From the human T2T-CHM13v2.0 reference genome, Homo sapiens, in assembly GCF_009914755.1 (NCBI RefSeq), contig NC_060939.1: 64,000 nucleotides of DNA. The stretch is one strand, 5' to 3'. Each line of letters begins with the position of its first letter. Position 1 is the stretch's first letter. Under the pieces are notes generated by a model. That model had not been told where the DNA came from and made no database searches. It saw only the letters and a program-made list of their open reading frames with translations. Positions 1 to 22,612 of the stretch are shown here, one piece after another. The position numbers and the translations under genes are program-made.

Positions 1-297
<297 letters not shown>

Positions 298-319
298 CCA
301 GGTTTGGATTCTTTCACAC

Positions 320-518
320 AGCAGGTATGGGCCGACTCACTGTCTGGGGCCCGCCCAGCCCAGCCCAGCAACTGTGTTTGTGAAGTCTTGGTGCACAGCC
401 ACACCCATTCACTTACGTCATCTGTGGCTGACTCTTGCCACCGTGACTATGACAGAGAGCCTGAGAAGCTGGAAGCATTTCCTGTCTTGCCCTGTAGGGG
501 AAGCTTGCATCCTGGTTT
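320..518. mobile_element. MER58-like hAT element
   Basis: cacagccacacccattcacttacgt.atctgtggctg motif. Confidence 0.6.
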
Positions 519-606
519 AGAGTACGCTCTCCAGGGAGGATGTGTAAGGTGAACCGCAGACGCCATCTTACGTGTTCTAGTCGCCACGTTAAAAAAAGTG
601 AAAAGA

Positions 607-999
<393 letters not shown>

Positions 1000-1547
1000 T
1001 CACGTGCCCGGTGGGGGCTGTGTGGGGCCTGGGTGATGAGCAGCGGGCAGCCACGCAGAGACCTCTGAGAAGAGTGGTCCAGGCCACAGGAACAGCCAGT
1101 GCAAAGGCCCTGAGGCGCCTCGAGCAGCAGAGGGGCCCGTGAGTAAGGGAGTGTTAGCAGTGAGGCTGGAGTCACCAGTGGTGGGAGGGTGAAGAGTCAG
1201 AGCAGTCGGGTGTTCATCGTAGGTGTGTACCGAGTGCCTGCTGGGTGCTGGGATGTAGCAGCAGAAAGGGGGCATCTAGGTGAGGCAAAGCGAGCAAAAG
1301 CCTTCAGTCCACAGCAGCCGGGGGTCCTTCCTTTCTTCCAGAGGGAACAGCTCCTGTCAAGGCTGCCACTTGGCTTCTGCGCCACCCAACTCAGTGGCCT
1401 TGTCCCTCTGCCTTCTTATGCAGCCTGACCAGCCCCCAAACACTCTCCCCTCTTACTGTCTGGGATACAGCTCGCCCCTCCTCTGCTCCCGCCTCCCAGC
1501 ACCTCTGTGCTGACTCTGGCTTCTCTATCCTCACCCTCCTTCCGGGT

Positions 1548-2032
1548 CAGTGTTCCCTAAAGTGGGTTGTAACAAATCACCACAAACCCAGCAGCTTACA
1601 AATAACGCACATCTGTTATCGTTCTGGAGGTCAGAAGTCCAAAATGGGTCTCACTGCCCAAAATCAAGGTGTTTGCAGAGCCACGTTCCTTCCTGAGGCT
1701 CTAGAGGAGAATCCGTTTCCTGCCTTTTCCAGGTCCTAGAGGCTGCCTGCATTCCTCGGCTCATGGCTCTTCCTCTGTCCTCAGAGTGCTGCACTCCAAC
1801 TTCTGCTTCCGTCTCCCTATCTCTCCTCTGACCTTGACCCTCTTAGGTCCTGTGGTCACTTCATAGGATGCCTGTGATGACATTGAGCCCATCAGGATAA
1901 TTTAGGATAGTTTCCCCGTGTCAATGCTTAATTCCTTCCCGTCTGCAGAGTCCCTGTTGGCCTGTGAGACAGCATGTGGCAGGTTCTGGGGATCAGGCCA
2001 TGTATGTCTTTGGGCCATTATTCTGTCTGCCA
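1548..2032 (-). mobile_element. MLT1-type (ERVL-MaLR) LTR
   Basis: gtaacaaatcaccacaaac...gttctggaggtcagaagtccaaaat...ggctctagaggagaatcc...gggccattattctg. Confidence 0.8.
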
Positions 2033-2670
2033 TAGAGATGAGAGGAATACAGGGTGAACTGGAGGTGGAATAGAACTAACATGGAATTTGTCGGCCTCAG
2101 GGTTACTGCCTTTCCAGTTTTCGTGACTCCTCAGAACAGGAGCCGGCGTGGGTGCCAAATAGGTAGATTTCAGCCACTGTTACTGCTCTGACCTCATGCC
2201 ATCTGTTTCTTTGGCATTAAAATGTCCTTTTAGGAAAAGATGGTAAAAGTACACTTGGTAGTTATTGTTGCTTTTAATGTATATATCACTTTTAATGTAT
2301 ATATCTTGCAAAATAAAACCAATCCCTTCCATTTGGGATGCAGTGAGAGTTAGAGAAAAATGTGTCAGACCTATACAATGAAAATTATAACACATTACTG
2401 AGAGATATTAATGAAGGCCTATGGTCTACTAAATGAAGAGAGACACTAATTATGGATTGACAGATTCAATACTCTTTTTTGTTTTTTTGTTTTGTTTTGT
2501 TTTGTTTTGTTTTGAGACAGAGTCTCGTGCTGTCGCCTAGGCAGGAGTGCAGTGGTGCGATCTCGGCTCACTACAACCTCCGCCTCCCCGGTTCAAGCAA
2601 TTTTCCCTGCCTCAGCCTCCAAAGTATATGGGAGTACAGGGGGCCGCCACCACGCCTGGCTAATTTTTGA

Positions 2671-2832
<162 letters not shown>

Positions 2833-2877
2833 TAAGTATTTTCAACAAATAATACTGAAAAAAGTGGATATCCATAT

Positions 2878-3283
2878 TAATATGGTTTGGGTCTGTGTCC
2901 CCACCAAATCTTATGTGAAAATGTAATCTCCAGAGGTGGGGCCTGCTGGGAGGTGACTGGATCATGGGAATGGATCTTTCATGAATGGTGTAACACCATC
3001 CTCTTGGTGCTGTTCTTGTGATACAGTTCTCATAAGATGTGGTTGTTTAAAAGTGTGTGGCACCTCCCCACTTCGCTCTCTTGCTCTTGTTCTGGCCATG
3101 TGGTATGTGCCTGCTTCCCCTTCGCCTTCCGCCATGATTGTAAATTTTCTGAGGCCTCCCCAGAAGTGGAAGCCTCTATGCTTCCCCGTACAGCCTGCAG
3201 AACTATAAGCCAAGTAAACCTCTTTTCTTTATAAACGACCCAGTCTCAGTTATTTTATAGTAATGTGAGAATGCACTGGTACA
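2878..3283 (+). mobile_element. MST-type (ERVL-MaLR) solo LTR with 5-bp TSD CATAT
   Basis: tatggtttgggtctgtgtcccc...taaacctcttttctttataa...taca; CATAT at 2873-2877 and 3284-3288. Confidence 0.88.
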
Positions 3284-3646
3284 CATATAGATAAAAATGA
3301 ACCTTAATCCTTAATTTATGCCATACATAAGTTAACTAGAAATGGATTTTTTTCTTTTTTTTCTTTTTTTTTTTTTGGAGACGGAGTCTTGGTTTGTCGC
3401 CCAGGCTGGAGTGCAGTGGCAAGATCTCGGCTGACTACTACCTCTGCCTCCTGGGTTCAAGCGATTCTCCTGCCTCAGCCTCCCGAGCATCTGGGACTAC
3501 AGGTGTGCACCACCACACCCAGCTAATTTTTGTGTTTTTAGTAGACATGGGGTTTCACCCTGTTGGACAGGCTGGTCTCGAACTCCTGGCCACTGCGCCC
3601 AGCCCACTTCATCGAAATCTAAAAACACAATTAAAGATGGAGTAAA

Positions 3647-4778
<1,132 letters not shown>

Positions 4779-4812
4779 TGTTAAAACATGAAGATTTAAA
4801 TAAATAATTCAT

Positions 4813-5525
<713 letters not shown>

Positions 5526-6417
5526 CTACATTGAACTGTACTGAAATAGTACAGCACACCCACTAAAAAAGGCTAGCATTGAAAAGATTGACAATACCAA
5601 GTGTTGGTGCATCTGTGAATCAATTTGAACCCGTTACATTGCTGATGCAAAAAGGTACAACGATTTCAGAAAACTCTTTGGCAGTTTCCTGTAATGTTAA
5701 ATATACACTACCATATATCCAATCCTGTTTACCCAAGAGAAATGAAAACGTGTCCACACAAAGACTTGTACACAAATATTCATAGCAGTTTTATTCATAA
5801 TAGCCAAAAATTGTCAACAACCCAAATTTCCATCAATAGGCGAATGCACAAAAAAATGTGGTACATCCGTACATGGGAAACCTACACAGCAACAAAAAGA
5901 TGGAATGACTGATACACACAGCAACATGGCTGAATTGCAGAAACACTGTGCTGAGTGAAAGGAACCAGACACAAAATAAGACATTACTGTATGATCCTGT
6001 TTATATGAAACTCTAGGAGACATAAAGTCTCCAGTGGTAGAAAGCAGGTAGGTGGTTGCCTGGGGCTGGAGATGTGGTTTAGGATGACCAGAAAAGGACA
6101 CAAGGAAACTTTCAGTGATGGAAATATTCTTGATCATGGTGGTAATGACTTGGCTGTATACATTTGTCAATGTACTGTACACTTAAAATGTGTGCCTATT
6201 TGTAAATTTTACTTCAAAATACTTTTGTTTCTGTATGCTAGCAATGGACAATTGAAAATTGAAATTCAACAGGTCCATTTATAATAGCATCAAACAAAAT
6301 ACTAGAGGTAGATGTAAAACCTATGCACTGAAAACTAGAATTTGAGTTAACTTTACTTTTGTCATTCTATGTGACCACTTGGAGTTTTTGTGTTTAAATT
6401 TTAAAAATAGTCAAGCA

Positions 6418-8518
<2,101 letters not shown>

Positions 8519-9083
8519 TAAACCCTTACAATAGCCCTGTTCCTACTAGTAAAGTTGACTATAGTATTCTGGACATACAGATAAATTGCCCATAATTGAA
8601 CACATCTAGTAAATGGCAGACTGGTTTTTGAGTCCTTATTCCTCTACATTCTGAAGCCTATGGTTTCTAGACTGGATGCCCCTGCACGTTGTCCCAGCTG
8701 CAAGGGCCTTCCCTGTAGTACCATGTTATCTAATAAATTTGATTGTTCTTTGAGTAGTTCAGAGGGAGTGAGCTGTCAACCAGGTGAAGCAAATCCTAGC
8801 AGGCTACCTGTCCAGAGGCCTAGGATGGCAGATCCATAGGAAATAAAGTCATTAAAGAAGCTAACAGATAATTTGGTAATTTTAGAAAATTAGGGTGTTA
8901 GTTCATTGGATCAGAATTCCTTAGAATTTTTAGCCTTATATTACCATGTCCTTGAGGGATGCACCATTTCTTGTCATGGTATCTGACCCATTTCTCCTGC
9001 AATCCACCTTCCAAATGCCTGAAATGTGGTGAGGAAATTAATTTTATAGTTTGATGGACATCACTAGATTTATTGAGAGAAGG

Positions 9084-12013
<2,930 letters not shown>

Positions 12014-13086
12014 CCTCCAAATTTGGTTTTCACTGTTGACCCTGAGCCAGCCAGATCGCTGCTAGCTGCTGCCCATGATGGTTGAGGGCCACTCAACCTC
12101 AATGCCAGCATATCAGGTGGTTTTGTCAGCTTTTCTGAACTTAAAGCCATCGCCATGGCAACTCGAGTAAAAAATAATTACCTATAGTGTCTGTAGGCTT
12201 GTACCCTTCAGTATAAGTGTAGAAAAGACTGAAACAAATCAAGGATCTAATGTTTAAAAGGCAGGTTACTATCCAGATTCCCATCTGAAAACTGGTCAGG
12301 TCAGTAATTCTACCTGTGGCTAGGAGGATTCTTCTGAGTATTAGGCAAGGGAACATATGTCAAACGCTTAGCACATTGCCCAGCACGTAAAGCGCTTAGC
12401 CAGTGTTTGCAGCTGTATGATAATCCCTTCTAAGAAGCACAGTCCCACTCTACAAATGAGGAAACAACGAGAAGTGACATTCTAACCCAAAGTCACCAAC
12501 ATTCACTCCAATGGATACTGAGGCTTCTCCTGTGCCACTCTACAACACGTAGTGATCAAAAATGAGGTAGACCTCCCCTACACCAACGCAGACACCCAAC
12601 CTGCTCCCACAGCTGTAGGACTGGGAATGGCAGAAAACGTAAGAAATCCAGAGAAGTTCCCCAAAGGACCAGAGACCACAGAACCTTGGTTGCCCCACGG
12701 CACTCAGAAGTGTGAGCCATCTCATGGGCATGACCGTATTGAGCATAGAGAGTGCTGAATTTACCAAAATCTAGACCATTTGGATTTTTCTTCACTGATT
12801 TATATAGAGGGATGTGGGAAGCTTTTTTGAAAGAGCAGCATTTACCTTGAAGGGCTTTCCTAAAAGAGATGCCTTTAAAAAAGCCATAGGATTAGTGGTT
12901 AAGTCTCTAACATGTGAACAGCATGTGCTGCCCAGCTACTGAGGTGAAGAGTCTAAGCTAGATTTATTTCTGAAGAACAAAGACCAAAAGAATGCCTTTA
13001 TAGCTCTATATCTAGTCAGTCACCTTGGGCTGAACTACAGAAAGAACTGGACGACTAACACCTAAAACGCTGAAAACAAAGACACA

Positions 13087-14040
13087 TACACTTCCAGGTG
13101 TGGATTTTTATTTTCACAAAAAGACAACAATGTCTTCCCCACATACAAGTATTTACAAAACCCAACTGATTCACCCATCTAGAACCTGGGTTTTTTTCCA
13201 CTTCTCAACATAGTTGGGAACATGGAAACATTAATACCCACACAATTCCCAGAGATGGAATTTATCCATCAAACAAACAGTGCAGATTACCTAAAAGTGC
13301 ACTTACCTGCACAACTCGGTCTAAGAACCTTGTGAAACAAACCTCATGGCCAAGGTTTCATGAATCTATTTGGTTTCATACCATGCAAACCTGAACAAGT
13401 GTGCTGCTACACTAAACTGAAAATCGGTTCTCATTTTACAATTAAAAAGGTTCTCAACACTTTAGCAACTATACAGAATATGAAGGTTTATTTCAAAAAA
13501 GATTACATTTTTTTAAACCAGGATACACAGATGCACTTAATGTAACAGTACCTTCTGCAAAAATAGGTTACATAATACTCAGAAATGCAATGAACAATCT
13601 TATTCTCTAAAAATTAGACAGCTAAGACTTCTTAAGTGTAGACAGCCTTCAAAATGGAGGCTGAAAATGCTTGGTAAAAAGAAGTAACTCTAGAGCCAGA
13701 CACCACAGAGCTAAGGCTGCAAATTAAACCACTACCACACAGCTGCAAACTACTCTTTATATTCACACAGCGTTAAACAAAACGACTTCAATTCCATCTT
13801 TTCAAATGTGCCTCGGTGCTGCAAGAAAAAAAGTTGAATGATACACAAAACTATTAAAAGTTACAACAGAACTATTTAAACATCTTCTCCAAAATTGAGA
13901 AAAGCAATCATGTTAAATTTTTAAAAAGAAAAGTCTGACAGAACTCTCAAGCAAGTCAGAGGTCCTCTTCATAAGTAGTCAAGTAAAGTTTACAGGAGAT
14001 TTCAATAAATTATCTTAAAACCTTGGCAGAGAGCTCATTT
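13087..14040 (-). other. SLTM: SLTM 3'UTR (3' end approximate)
   Basis: Repeat-free, U-rich stretch after the stop codon, ending at a poly(A) signal. Confidence 0.8.
13107..13112 (-). terminator. Polyadenylation signal AATAAA with downstream GU-rich element
   Basis: Plus-strand tttatt; minus strand continues ...GAAGTGTATGTGTCTTTGTTTT ~20-40 nt downstream. Confidence 0.8.
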
Positions 14041-14149
14041 TCAGAATCGTCGCGGAGGTCCACCCTTAAATGGCTTAAATCCGGAGCCACTTCCTCTTGG
14101 CATGGAATTGCCACTGATTTGTACAATTCTATTAATTGGGGATGCGTTA
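14041..14149 (-). CDS. SLTM: SLTM terminal exon 21, coding part (NASPINRIVQ...FKGGPPRRF*)
   Basis: ctttttcag| acceptor; TGA at 14043-14041; C-terminal PRRF resembles SAFB-family ends. Confidence 0.94.
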
Positions 14150-14189
14150 CTGAAAAAGGTTTAAAAGAAAAAAACATCAGAGAACAAAG

Positions 14190-14400
14190 AACAAATCATC
14201 ACTGCAAATACCAGGCACTGTTCTTGGTACTTTATCCAAAATAAATCATTTACTCTTTTCAACAGTCCCGTGAGGTCTGAACCATTGCTAACCCCACTTT
14301 ACTGAAGAAACAGATCTGGAGGTTGAGGAACTCTTCCAAGGTCACAGAGCTAATAAAATGGTGAAGCAGAGATTTGAACTTGGGCAATCTCACTTTGAAG
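14190..14400 (-). mobile_element. MIR SINE just upstream of the last-exon acceptor
   Basis: ccccactttactgaagaaac...ccaaggtcacagagctaa...gatttgaac. Confidence 0.7.
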
Positions 14401-14444
14401 CCCCATTACTTCAGAAGCCAGTTGTGGATCTGCACGTGGACTAC

Positions 14445-14965
<521 letters not shown>

Positions 14966-15423
14966 AAATTATAGAAGTCATTTAAGAATATTTCTGGAAT
15001 CTTTATGTGTAATGCAACAGAGCAGATGTTAGTAACACAAAAAAGCAGACCCCCTCCCCCGACAAAAAACCTTTAACAGGCCGGGCGCAGTGGCTCACGC
15101 CTGTAATCCCAGCACTTTGGGAGGCCGAGGCGGGCGGATCAAGGAGAATTGCTTGAACCCGGGAGGCAGAGGTTGCAGTGAGCTGAGATCATGCCAATGC
15201 ACCCCAGCCTGGGTGTCACAGCGAGACTCCATCTCAAAAAAGAAAAAACTTTAACAAACCAGGAGATAAAAATCTACAGTGAAGGCCGGGTGTGGTGGTT
15301 CACACCTATAATACCAGCACTTCGGGAGGCTGAAGCTGGAGGATCACCTGAGGAACAGGAGTTTGAGACCAGCCTGGCCAACAAAGTGAAACCTCCATCT
15401 CTACTAAAAATACAAAAAAATCA

Positions 15424-15645
<222 letters not shown>

Positions 15646-17085
15646 TCAATCCTGTGACCTGGAGCAGCTGCTTGTTGTGGTTTTAGAGCAATAAATGGTA
15701 TAATAAAATGGGAGTTTCAACAGTTCAATTTACAAATGGGGTAATGGAACACAATAATTGGGAAGATCAGATAGAAGCTAAAATGAGGAATAAGGGATAG
15801 CTATGATAAACTTTCTTTTTGTAGAGACAGGGTTTTACCATGTTGCCCAGGCTGGTCTCAAACTCCTCAGTTCAAGTGATCTACCTACCTTGGCCTCCCA
15901 AAGTACTGGGATTACAGGCATGAGCCACTGTGCCCAGCCTGAGAAACATTTAAAAAAAAATAGAGCCACACGGCCGGGCGCAGTGGCTCATGCCTGTAAT
16001 CCTAGCACTTTAGAAGGCTGAGGTGGGCAGATCACAAGGTCAGCAGTTCAAGACCAGCCTGGCCAACATGGTGAAACCCCATTTGCTAAAAATACAAAAA
16101 TTAGCTGGGCGTGGTGGTGCACGCCCGTATTCCCAGCTATTCACTTGAACCCAGGAGGCAGAGGTTGCAGCGAGCCGAGACTGCACCACTACACTCCAGC
16201 CTGGACAGAGCAAGACTCTGTCTCAAAAAAAAAAAAAAAAAAAAAAAAAACCACACTTAGAAATTTATACTAGGAATGAAGAAAGGTAAGGACAAGCCCC
16301 GTATTTCCAGTCAGGGTGAATGAAATGGATGGTGGCACTATCAAATTGAAAGAAACTGGAGGCAACAAAAGGGACACAAAGGTTTGAAAAAGGAGATGAA
16401 TGAGTTTGACTGTGACCTTGAATTCATGGAAACAGCAAAGCACTTACATGGCAGTGGCAACATGAAGCTGAAAGGAAACAGCAGTGTCTAAAGCTTAGCC
16501 ACGGGAAGGAGCCTGCAAAGGCAGTCACAAAGGCAGAAAGAAAATGATGGTGCCCTAGAAAACAGACTCCCTCAAAATAAAGATAAGTGACCGTGTGAAA
16601 CAGTGTTTAACCACCAAGGAGTCTGACAACCATGAAAATAAAAGAATCTATATTTATCAAGAGAAAAGTCATCGGTGACCTTTACAAACCAGATACAATG
16701 AATGTTGAGCTTGTGCAGGCAGAAGTAGCACACTTACTGAAGTTTGATGGTAGAAGTGACCATGGAATAGTAGTGACCTGGGTCACTGAGTCAAGCCAAT
16801 AACTCTCCTAAGAAAGAGGAATGGGAAAGAAAGGAGGACATGAAAGAGATGGGGAAGCTGAAGACCTGCTGGCTGAAGGGCCACATCCGACCTCAGTGTG
16901 AAGAGAAAGTAAAGCTCGCCTCTTAACGTATGAAGAGATTTTGTGTTAAATGTCTAAAAGCCTTCCCAAGAGTTATTTTAAAAGGGAGGAAACAGAACAC
17001 ACTTTCAGTATTTTCTTCCTAAGAATTTGAGGAATGCTAGGTAGAGAACAAGATGATGGTTCCAATGTGAGGTTAAGATTCATTA

Positions 17086-17410
<325 letters not shown>

Positions 17411-17682
17411 TTACTGGATCCTGCCATACGTACATACCCATATCTATATCAACTTGCCAGAACGTCACTGAATTCATTTAAAAGGAAGAATACAAACTAA
17501 CACATTAATATCAGCTGTTCTGCAAACACTCTTTTGGAGACTACGGGTTGATACAGGGAAATGTTCAGGCAGATCTAGGGTTTTCAGTAGTTGCAATTCA
17601 GTCTCTCAGAAACTATAATGACTTTTATGGAAAGGATAAAGTGTTGGTTGTGTGCTGGCAGAAAAACTGGTTAGTTATTTAC

Positions 17683-18006
<324 letters not shown>

Positions 18007-18045
18007 TTAGTCAGGCATGGTACCCCACACCTATAATCCCAGCTA

Positions 18046-18177
<132 letters not shown>

Positions 18178-18361
18178 TCACAATACCCTCAGTCTTGGTC
18201 TCATACCAACTTATATTGGTGTGCTTTTAATGTCAGAAGCAAATTAATAAGATGTCTGAGAAGATAAAAGGATGAGTAGTGCAGCAGCATATGAAAAGAG
18301 TTTATATCTATTTTGTAGTGAGAAGCTACTCAGGTCTCAGGGAAGGGTATGGAGGAAATGA

Positions 18362-18610
<249 letters not shown>

Positions 18611-19581
18611 TGATCCGCCCGCCTAGGCCTCCCAAAGTGCTGGGATTACAGGTGTGAGCCACCACACCTGGCCAATTCCTTTTTTTAAAAAATAATTTTT
18701 TTTTTTGGAGACATGATCACACTGTTGCCCAGGTTGGAGTACAGTGTTGCTACCGTAACTCACTGCAACTTTGAACTCCTGGGGCTCAAGCAATTCTCCT
18801 GCTTCAGCCTCCTGCCTAGCTGGGACTACAGGGTGCACACCACCATGCCCATCTTTAATTTTAATTTTCCTATGGAGATGGGGGTCTCACTATATTGTCC
18901 AAGCTCGTCTCGAACCCTTGGCCTCAAGTAATCCTCCCGCCTTGGCCTCCAAAAGTGCTAGGTTTACAGCCACGAGCCACCAGGCCTGGCCATTAATTTG
19001 TATTTCTGTATTTTCTAGCACCCAAGGGCTTTTTGACCCTTGATTATTTCAAATACTTGGATCTTATATTGACTGTAAGAAGGCACAGCCAGAGATCAAA
19101 ACCTTAAGACAAGGCACGGCAGGGCCTATGATCAGCCTATCAGGACAACATGCAGACAGCACAGCAAACAGGAGTTGTGAACTTATTTTACATTGTACTA
19201 CTTAGTGCTATGGCACTTACAAGGTGCTACATCCATAACTATGGAAAACAGAGTAGCGAACACAAAGAAACAGAAACTGTAGAACTAGAGATCTATGGAA
19301 AGAGAAAGCAAGCATTGTGATACTTAGCTTACAGGAAAGAAAGCAGAAGGTACCCACAGAGAGGCTTAGATATAATACTGGCAGAACAATTTACAGACTA
19401 ACATTATGAAAAAGAAAATTTTCAAGGGAGGATACAAGATCTCCTCCTCAGGACACATTTTCTAAAAGGACCTCTGAATGCGGAGGGCTAGTCTTTGATA
19501 CTTAAATTTTACTATAAACAAGGCAGACTTATTTGGATTATAGACTCAGTCTTAAAAATTCTTTTTAGGAGGTGGGCGTCA

Positions 19582-19968
<387 letters not shown>

Positions 19969-20272
19969 TTATGAAAGTATGTCCTAACTGTGCTACTATC
20001 AACCCACACGCCAGTATTTCATCAGTAGAAGAATACTTTTAAATGAGGCAAAAGGTTTTTGTTCATTTCGGTCTCTAAAAGATAAAGACACTTTCCTCTG
20101 TCCAGCTCATTAACTTACAAAATATTCAAGTCAATAAAGTGTCACAAGAGTAAAAATTTAAAAATATGTAACATTACACTCATCTACCTTTAGGATAAGA
20201 AGACAAAAAATAGACAAAAGTTCTATTTCAATTTTACACTTTAAGCTACTTAAATGAAGCAGGAGAAAAAGA

Positions 20273-20275
<3 letters not shown>

Positions 20276-20322
<47 letters not shown>
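20276..20322. repeat. (GT)n microsatellite at an Alu tail
   Basis: ~23 GT units. Confidence 0.95.
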
Positions 20323-20325
<3 letters not shown>

Positions 20326-20363
20326 TTTTTTTTTTTTTTTCCAGACAGGGTCTGGCTCTGTAG

Positions 20364-20648
<285 letters not shown>

Positions 20649-21031
20649 TGAAAAGGAAACACAAGTAGGGGCCAAAGATTTCAGATGCAGTTTGAAAGCC
20701 TCAATTTCTTAAAAAGAAATAAAACCAAAGTTATCATTAGATAGGCTCACTTACCAAATTAACAATTCTTAAATTTCACTGGGAAGTTTAATCGAAATGG
20801 AGTATTTCAAGGCTAGTACCTTAACTCTTTGGACTACTGATGGTCAACTACTGACAGTAAAGTATGAGAAAAATTCAGATTTTAAAAATTTAAATAAAAA
20901 ATTAATGCCTCTGAATCATTCCAATCTAGCTAATCTAAGCCACATCAAAATGCTACTGTATATCCAGAGTAGCTCATGAATCCTCTAAATGTATGTGTGC
21001 AGGCTCGCGGCAAGCCTCCCGCAGCACTTAC

Positions 21032-21176
21032 CTGTGATCCACCTCCTCGGTCTGTGATGACTCCTCTGTCTCCCTCTCTGCTCCCGTACCCCGAAGCGCT
21101 GCTACGATTCCCAGGGGGAGCGCCTCTCACACTGTGCCCTGATACTTCTCTCCCAGATCGTTCTGGCCTTTCAACT
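21032..21176 (-). CDS. SLTM: SLTM exon 19 (145 nt; VERPERSGRE...DRGGGSQ)
   Basis: ORF 20945..21187; tttaacag| acceptor and CAG|gtaagt donor. Confidence 0.93.
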
Positions 21177-21282
21177 CTGTTAAACAAAACATAAAAACAT
21201 ACATGATCAAAACTGTAATCTTAACTTTTTTTAACCCCAATGCATGAGACCACTAGGAAAGCATTACATAGTACACAGCTAC

Positions 21283-21597
21283 CTTGTTTCCCGTTTGTCA
21301 GTGGACATGCTTCCTTCACTTTTCCAGCTGGTGGGTCTGGAAGGATTGGGCCCTGCCTCTCGAGGATGTCTAGGATGAGTGATATCAGGCCTGTCATGAA
21401 TAATCACCGTTCTCCTTTCGTCTCGCTCCCCTCGTACTTCTCGCCTGTCTGATTCTCTAAGTTCATTTCTTGGTGGTGGAGGCTCATTTCTTCTGGAGTC
21501 ACTGAAATTTTTGGGATATCTTTCGAAGCTTGGATCTTCCCTTCGTGCAGTAGGTCGTGCTTTTTTCCCCTCACTTTGACCAACAAAGCGATCCCGC
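21283..21597 (-). CDS. SLTM: SLTM exon 18 (315 nt; RDRFVGQSEG...STDKRET)
   Basis: ORF 21279..21674; aatag| acceptor and AAG|gtagct donor. Confidence 0.93.
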
Positions 21598-21925
21598 CTA
21601 TTGATTAGAAACAAAGAATATAGGTCCAAGAAGTGCTTACTTGAGTGCTTAATTCTTCTTAACTTTGTCTGCATAACCTACAATAATGAAACCAAAAAAT
21701 GAACTTAAGGCAAAGCCATGGAAAAAAGCTAGTTATTGATTATTACAACTCATTTTCTTTTAAACTGAACTAAGTGTCTAGCCTAAAGGTTGGTTTTTTA
21801 GCATTCAGGAGAAATGATACCGAACACTCAAAAGTCACTACCAAGCTGAAGAATGTTTTACTGTTCTTAACAGTTGAGGCATATCCAAAGCAATCAGTGC
21901 TTCCACAGTTTTAAAGATAAGAAGA

Positions 21926-22230
21926 GGCGGGGAGTGGTGGCTCAGGCCTGTAATCTCAGCACTTTGGAAGGCTGAGGTGGGTGGATCACTTCAGGTCAGA
22001 AGTGCTAGACCAGCCTGGCCAACATGGCAAAACCCCGTCTCTACTACAAATACAAAAATTAGCCGGGCATGGTGGTGGTGCATGTCTATAATCTCAGCTA
22101 CTTGGGTGGCTGAGGCACAAGAATCGTTTGAACCCACGAGGCAGAGGTACAGTATGCCAAGATTGCACCACTGCGTTCTAGCCTGGGAATCAGAATGAGA
22201 CCCTGTCTCAAAAAAAATTAAAATAGAATA
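21926..22230 (+). mobile_element. Alu
   Basis: Alu consensus match. Confidence 0.9.
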
Positions 22231-22441
22231 AAGATAAGAAGATAAAGCCAACCTGCTTAATGGTGTTCTAGTTAATTAATTTGGAATACTGAATCACATT
22301 CCCATTAACAGAAACAAAAACCACGTAAATTGTTCTGAGCATTCAGTTCTGACCTGGTACTTCCAGTTAAGATTTTAGGAGAAACAGAGTTATCACTAGC
22401 AAGGCTCATAAAATAAATATAACAATTTTCAACATATCTAC

Positions 22442-22612
22442 CTTTCAAAAGATGAAGACTGTACTGCTGAACTCTCAGGAAACCTGCCCCTCTCTCGGTG
22501 ATCAAAGTCATTAAATCTGTTCTGTTGGCGAGAGTAGTCGGATCCATGGCCAAATCGTGCATCTGTATCTAGAGACAACTTTTTATTCTCGCTCCAGTAA
22601 GGATCATCTCGC
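22442..22612 (-). CDS. SLTM: SLTM exon 17 (171 nt; RDDPYWSENKK...VQSSSFE)
   Basis: DDPYW motif; ttctcttcaag| acceptor and AAG|gtagat donor. Confidence 0.92.

Noticed and set aside
1115-1280. CTCF-like motifs (gcagcagaggggccc; gcagaaagggggcatc)
   Set aside because: Only partial matches, in or near degenerate repeat sequence; cannot be supported without a PWM scan or ChIP data.
12540-12795. Three overlapping ORFs downstream of SLTM
   Set aside because: Short, no recognisable domain, no splice or promoter support.
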